Of a stretch of 64,000 nt of DNA, positions 59,481-64,000 are shown piece by piece. The DNA lies in the IMG/VR virus record IMGVR_UViG_3300002141_000152, positions 44,971-108,970 of that record; one strand, given 5' to 3'. The notes under the pieces were generated by a model, which did no database searches, was not told where the DNA came from, and saw only the letters and a list, made by a program, of their open reading frames with translations. Position 1 is the stretch's first letter. Every line of letters begins with the position of its first letter. Source of the DNA: a virus. The position numbers and the translations under genes were made by a program.

Positions 59481-59735
59481 TTATTTTCCTTTTGCATCAT
59501 TATATAGCTGTGCAGCCGTATCATAATCAAAATTTGAACTGAGTATTGCTCCTATCTCCATTGAGAAATTGGTATGAAAAAATTTTAGTGTCTTTGGTGT
59601 TGTGTTTACGTATGGAATTACAGTGTGCAGCACACGCATCCGCTCTCTGATTCCTAGCTTCTTTAGGTAGCTTCTTACCTGCTGCTCAGCTCCTGTCTGT
59701 AGGAGGTTGCTTATTTGTATTGGGCTCATTCGCAT
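59481..59735 (-). CDS. hypothetical protein
   Basis: 84-aa ORF downstream of the tRNA-like RNA. Confidence 0.5.
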   Translation of the reverse strand: MRMSPIQISNLLQTGAEQQVRSYLKKLGIRERMRVLHTVIPYVNTTPKTLKFFHTNFSMEIGAILSSNFDYDTAAQLYNDAKGK

Positions 59736-59759
59736 AGTAGTTTAGTTCAACCTATAGAG

Positions 59760-59877
59760 TAGTCAGGACAGGATTCGAACCTGTATTTACACTTTACTTG
59801 TATTAGCTGTGTCCGATAGATTGGGTATCAATACATTTCCCTCACTACCTGCTCTTAACCATTAGAGCTACCTGACT
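59760..59877 (-). ncRNA. tRNA-like RNA, 118 nt, with expanded anticodon/variable region
   Basis: AGTCAGG-TA-GCTC-TAATGGTTAA-GAGC D arm, ~65-nt insert, ACAGG-TTCGAAT-CCTGT-CCTGACT-A. Confidence 0.7.
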
Positions 59878-59902
59878 ATTTAATTATTATACTAACCTTA
59901 GT

Positions 59903-60181
59903 CTAATCATTTATAAAAAGAAATTTAAACTCGGCAATTACTGGCGTCTTGCCTCTATACCACCAACCTGCAATATCCTCTCCACTATCTGACGAGTCTA
60001 CCTTAAATCGGGTCATCTTTACCTGACCTCCTGTTCTAGGATTCTTCACATAGATCGGGGCTCCTTCAAAACATAGGTTAGTAATTTCAAAGCGAGTCTG
60101 CTCTAGGCTAGACAGCTCTGCGACAAACGTTCTGTCTGCTGGGTCAAATGTAATTGCTGGGTGTGTTACGTCTATTATCAT
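59903..60181 (-). CDS. early hypothetical protein
   Basis: Has its own promoter copy. Confidence 0.55.
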   Translation of the reverse strand: MIIDVTHPAITFDPADRTFVAELSSLEQTRFEITNLCFEGAPIYVKNPRTGGQVKMTRFKVDSSDSGEDIAGWWYRGKTPVIAEFKFLFIND

Positions 60182-60383
60182 AGTCTTTCGGTTTTTAAGT
60201 TAAGTAAATATAACTATAATCTTTGACATAATAAAATCAGGATAATAATAGTGCATCCGCAGCCAGTGCCGGCGTGTGAGTCTCTACCTAAAAAGCAGAG
60301 ACACTCTTGCTGGCGGCCTAGCGGGTGGACAAAGAAAAAGGCGGGAACCACCCCGCCTTTTGCTAACTTAAACTTAAAACTAA

Positions 60384-60806
60384 CTAACCAAAAACTATCT
60401 TCTTATAAAATACTGTTTGAATAATACAGTCTGCTGTGTCTGCATCATCTCGCTCTTCAATCGCATCCATCAAGTGGTGGATAGGAGTTTTTGCAACTCG
60501 CGAGTGCACATCCTTTAGGGTTATCTTCTTATCTCCAACGGCGTTCTCTTCGTCTACCATGATAAGGGTTCCACCGGTTCGTAGGATTTCCATCCAAATA
60601 TCTTCGCAGCATATTCGGGTCATCTTCTCTCCACATGAGTCAATTGCAGTTCCTGCTTTCATCTTTGTGTGAAGACTCTTCTTCGCAAGTTTATAATCCT
60701 TTTCAGAATAATCTAGGTGTATTCCATAATATCTGATTTGGCTGCCGTTACATAACGCATTGTGGAAATGTTTTTCGGCTTCTGCTTTTTCTAATACTAT
60801 TTTCAT
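60384..60806 (-). CDS. early hypothetical protein
   Basis: C-terminal DADTADCIIQTVFYKKIVFG. Confidence 0.55.
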   Translation of the reverse strand: MKIVLEKAEAEKHFHNALCNGSQIRYYGIHLDYSEKDYKLAKKSLHTKMKAGTAIDSCGEKMTRICCEDIWMEILRTGGTLIMVDEENAVGDKKITLKDVHSRVAKTPIHHLMDAIEERDDADTADCIIQTVFYKKIVFG

Positions 60807-60868
60807 GGGTTTTAAGTTTTAATTATAGAGTAAATATAACTATTAAATGTGACACTAGAAAATCGGGG

Positions 60869-61216
60869 TTAAAGATTATTTAATTTAATGTTACGTTTTT
60901 CAACATATTTTAAGCTACCGAAATTTTTCCAGCGAAAAACCCATTCGATTTCTCTTAGTGACTCTTTGCCATACGTCTTGGAAATTTTAGTCTCTATTCG
61001 ATCCACCTTTTTACTCCACTTATTAATATCGTGACTGCCCTCATTGATTGCCGCTAGCAGCATGTCTCTTTCTCCTGCCGGCCGGACACAGTAATACTCT
61101 TCTCTCCAGTCTGAAATATTCTGGCCCATTGCATCTATTTTTCTGGTTAGTCGATACACTTCTTTTACTAGCAAGTTGCTTGCGTAAAGTGTCGGTATTT
61201 TCTTTTTAGATTTCAT
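60869..61216 (-). CDS. early hypothetical protein
   Basis: Has its own promoter copy. Confidence 0.5.
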   Translation of the reverse strand: MKSKKKIPTLYASNLLVKEVYRLTRKIDAMGQNISDWREEYYCVRPAGERDMLLAAINEGSHDINKWSKKVDRIETKISKTYGKESLREIEWVFRWKNFGSLKYVEKRNIKLNNL

Positions 61217-61295
61217 AGGTCAAGTTTTTAATGTTAAGTAAATATAACTAAAAACCACCAAGATAAAAAATCCTGGTGGCCAAAGTTATGAACAA

Positions 61296-61496
61296 TTAAT
61301 CTTTCACCTCTACATAGTTTCCTGCATCATTAAAGTTACTCATCCACAGGGAAAGGATTCGACGAGCCTCTGACTTTTCAAGTCCAAACTCTTCAATTAC
61401 ATAGGGTGTGGCACCAAACATATTGGTCGCACCACTCTCTCGTAGGGAGTTAAGGAATTCCATTACTTCTTTTTCTGATTGGGTTGTTTTTCTCAT
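61296..61496 (-). CDS. small conserved phage protein
   Basis: LRESGATNMFGA. Confidence 0.6.
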   Translation of the reverse strand: MRKTTQSEKEVMEFLNSLRESGATNMFGATPYVIEEFGLEKSEARRILSLWMSNFNDAGNYVEVKD

Positions 61497-61865
61497 AGTC
61501 TTTAGGTTTTTAAGTTAAGTAAATATAACACAATATATTTGCACCGAACAATCGGGGCCAAAGTATTTTCAATTACAGTCCACTCTTGGTTGAGCTCTTG
61601 GCGCCATGCGGGTGGGCGCTCTCTGAAGTCCGACGGGCAGGCGTTCACTACGGAGTCCAGCTGAGACACCACTGGATCCGCCGCACAGGAAACCAAAAAA
61701 AAGCCGGAACTAGTCCGACTCTTTTTAACGCTAGTCCCGTTATCTCCGCTATAGGAAAGTATGAAAACTTATAGCATCATAGACAATTACATAACCACCA
61801 TAGCTGACCTACTTCTTCTTCGCTTTTTTATAATATTGGTAATGAGGACTCTTATGTATATTTAT

Positions 61866-62129
61866 TTATTTTATTACTAAATAATATAATCCACCGGCTG
61901 GCGTGTCATCGTCTCCATTAAAGAAATGATATATTTGACCCCTGCTGTCGGTAACTATAAAATTCATACAATACAAAGGAATCAACTTTTCAGGTAGCTG
62001 CACCGACTCTCCAATAAGAGTGTCAAGTTTACGCTGCACCTTTGCTCTACGGTTTACACCAAGCTGGGCTTTCCACCTGAACTTGATATACTGGTCTCCA
62101 GTTACGGGATGGGTTTTCCAATTTGCCAT
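61866..62129 (-). CDS. hypothetical protein
   Basis: 87-aa ORF. Confidence 0.5.
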   Translation of the reverse strand: MANWKTHPVTGDQYIKFRWKAQLGVNRRAKVQRKLDTLIGESVQLPEKLIPLYCMNFIVTDSRGQIYHFFNGDDDTPAGGLYYLVIK

Positions 62130-62130
62130 G

Positions 62131-62346
62131 TTATCTTGGGATTAGGTGAAGTAACTCTTGGTGTAGGATCTCTGGGTCTTCGTCATATCTTCCGTCTTCC
62201 CATGCAGTGACTAGGGATTTAAGATTCTTATTATTCTTGTTGGTGACTCCGCTGGTCCGAGCTCTCGCTAACTGGTCAGCTGGTGTAGATATCCAGGTTC
62301 CCATCTCTAGTAGCATGCACTCTAGTGTAATAGTTGTTTTTGCCAT
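62131..62346 (-). CDS. early hypothetical protein
   Basis: Own promoter copy; GRYDEDP. Confidence 0.5.
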   Translation of the reverse strand: MAKTTITLECMLLEMGTWISTPADQLARARTSGVTNKNNKNLKSLVTAWEDGRYDEDPEILHQELLHLIPR

Positions 62347-62530
62347 AGTCTTTAGGTTTTTAAGTTAAGTAAATATAAAACAATTATTCCACACCCAAAA
62401 ATCAGGGCTAAAATTATTTTTTAGCAGAGACGTTTCACACGCCGGTCAGGTAACACTCTTACTACGGAGTAGACATGAAAAAAGGCCGGATAAAAATCCG
62501 ACCTCTAATCAACTTAAACCTAATGTTCTC

Positions 62531-62839
62531 TTACTCGTCGAGTCTGGCTAATGCGTTACTAATTTCAATTGCTGCTTGTGCTGTCTCAACCAAACGCTGC
62601 CCACCGATATGCCACTCTATCTCCTCGTCATCGGCAATTCGGCGATATTCTTTCCAATCATACACGGTAAATGGGGCGCCTCCATCGGTCTCCATTTCCC
62701 ATTCGAAATTGACCTTATCTCCACTATCGTTGCACTCATACGCGGGCTGACCTAGTATCTGGCGTAGCTGGCTTACTGTTGCATGGATTACTGTGCTGTG
62801 GAAGCTTGTTCCGTTTACTGATTTTGTTGTTGGCTTCAT
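62531..62839 (-). CDS. conserved phage early protein
   Basis: Start MKPTT; GDKVNFEW...FTVYDWK...WHIGG. Confidence 0.55.
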   Translation of the reverse strand: MKPTTKSVNGTSFHSTVIHATVSQLRQILGQPAYECNDSGDKVNFEWEMETDGGAPFTVYDWKEYRRIADDEEIEWHIGGQRLVETAQAAIEISNALARLDE

Positions 62840-62907
62840 AGTTTTAGTTTTTAAGTTATAAGTAAATATAACAATAATACTATAACACCCAAAAATCGGG
62901 GCTAGAA

Positions 62908-63150
62908 TTAATTTACTTGAAATACACTCTTTGCTCTTGGGTTTCCGTCCTGGTCCATCACCCACAGTCTCCCATTGACGAGGCAATAGTGTACACTATG
63001 GAGTAACGGATGCTCTGACTGGATTGTGACCAGGCTATGCTCCTCGCCAGCGACTCTGATTGTGGTTAGGATATTAAGTTCCTCCTTCCCAAGGAGAACT
63101 GTCGGGAACTTCACAGGTTCCTCTTGATTTAGATATTCGGTTAGTGTCAT
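62908..63150 (-). CDS. hypothetical protein
   Basis: Start MTLTEY. Confidence 0.45.
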   Translation of the reverse strand: MTLTEYLNQEEPVKFPTVLLGKEELNILTTIRVAGEEHSLVTIQSEHPLLHSVHYCLVNGRLWVMDQDGNPRAKSVFQVN

Positions 63151-63362
63151 ATTATTTTTTTGATTTAACAAGGTTAATGTACTTCATCTCATAATCTTCT
63201 GCCAATAGTGGATTACTCTTCCTAAGAGTGGTTATCGCATGTATCACTTCTGCACCGGTTTTTGTTCCGTGTCTGAAGCCTAATAGTGCTCCAATTACTT
63301 TCTTCTCTAAATGTTCTGACATGCTTTTATTTTAAATAATTACTACTACGGAGTAAAATGGT

Positions 63363-63536
63363 TTAACAACTTTCGTGAAATGTAAGTCTCCAGATAGTGT
63401 CGCTCGCTTCCTTCTCGGAGGCCACTGGGATAAGGTTACCATGGCCAATAACGTACCATCCATCCGATCTTTCTTCCTTTCTGAAGGCGCCGGATGTATC
63501 GAATTCTTCGCCGTCTGTGAATCTTAGTATACTCAT
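63363..63536 (-). CDS. small early protein
   Basis: Start MSILRF after promoter copy. Confidence 0.5.
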   Translation of the reverse strand: MSILRFTDGEEFDTSGAFRKEERSDGWYVIGHGNLIPVASEKEASDTIWRLTFHESC

Positions 63537-63607
63537 GCTTTCTAGGTTTTTAAGTTTAAGTAAATATAACAATTAGCCCCGACCTGGAAAAATCGGGGCT
63601 AACATTT

Positions 63608-63856
63608 TTAAAGCATAAATACCTCAACTCGTTTTGACAGGCTTCGCCACTGTCTCTTTTCTTTGTCGAAGAACACGACCACCTTGTCCGAACTCTCTCC
63701 GCGACCGGACGGGTGGAACTCGCGTGGTACCTCTGCCAAGTCGGTCGTTCCGATTGCGGTTCTTAGGTCACCGTTTAATTTTTTAAATGCGAAGGTTACA
63801 ACGCCACGTCTCAAACGAGTGCGTAGGTCTTCATGGGAAACTGGTGTTAGGTTCAT
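63608..63856 (-). CDS. WYL_2/DUF2693-like SH3-fold protein
   Basis: VVTFAFKKLNGDLRTAIGT...FFDKEKRQWRS. Confidence 0.65.
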   Translation of the reverse strand: MNLTPVSHEDLRTRLRRGVVTFAFKKLNGDLRTAIGTTDLAEVPREFHPSGRGESSDKVVVFFDKEKRQWRSLSKRVEVFML

Positions 63857-64000
63857 AGGTATATGTTTTAAGTTATAAGTAAATATAAAACTATTATTTA
63901 ACAGGAGAAAATCGGGGCTAAAAAATATTTGAGCAGATTTGCAGAGGCACTTGGAATTCTGACAACTTAGTGACACTTACCTGACATCTGGAACATCTTG

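Larger units (their letters stand above)
45118..63354 (+). repeat. dispersed polarised motif (A)CTACGGAGT, 16 copies
   Basis: Starts at 45118, 45186, 45355, 45682, 45791, 45935, 48520, 49365, 53040, 53784, 55660, 57303, 59464, 61647, 62461, 63345. Confidence 0.9.
50541..63918 (-). promoter_or_regulatory. ~21 copies of a 41-bp early promoter GCCCCGATTTT-N~20-TATATTTAC
   Basis: Left edges near 50541, 50830, 51441, 51948, 52488, 54531, 54805, 56662, 57252, 57977, 58237, 58678, 59310, 60203, 60829, 61237, 61518, 62368, 62861, 63560, 63878; each lies a short distance before a minus-strand ATG. Confidence 0.85.

Noticed and set aside
59760-59877. Ordinary tRNA-Leu(CAA) or intron-containing tRNA
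   Set aside because: The CAA-containing loop lacks U33 and purine 37 and is displaced on an extra stalk; the insert is far too short for a self-splicing intron.
50541-63918. 41-bp repeats as a CRISPR array or attC-like cassette sites
   Set aside because: Spacing is gene-sized and irregular, copies are degenerate, each sits just upstream of an ATG, and no cas or integrase gene is present. Promoters explain them.
1-64000. Stop-codon reassignment as in some large phages
   Set aside because: Conserved genes are intact in code 11, and TAG, TGA and TAA all terminate genes at sensible positions.

Overview
A 64-kb segment of a large T4-like (myovirus/jumbo-type) dsDNA phage using the standard genetic code. 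The host is probably in Bacteroidota, judged from TATATTTAC promoters resembling TAnnTTTG, a DUF4294-like gene and AT-rich leaders lacking Shine-Dalgarno motifs. 1-17 kb holds replication and head genes: UvsY/UvsW, PhoH, the C-terminal half of a split family-B DNA polymerase, primase, gp4, gp2, portal, gp25, gp13-like and two free-standing endonucleases. 17-47 kb is mostly late-promoter (ATAAATA) genes whose products start with a leader resembling the T4 capsid-targeting sequence, plus lysis enzymes, NADAR, class II RNR, GH16 and several non-coding RNA candidates. 45-47 kb is a GC-rich hinge with iteron-like repeats and an IS607-TnpA-like serine recombinase whose catalytic Ser is replaced by Ala. 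47-64 kb is a leftward array of small early-type genes, most behind one of ~21 copies of a 41-bp promoter. The most striking unexplained signal is (A)CTACGGAGT: 16 copies, all on the + strand, all from 45.1 kb rightward, six of them in or beside the dead recombinase gene. There are also two tRNA-like RNAs with identical acceptor stems and near-identical T arms but replaced anticodon arms. All calls come from reading motifs by eye; no database search was run.
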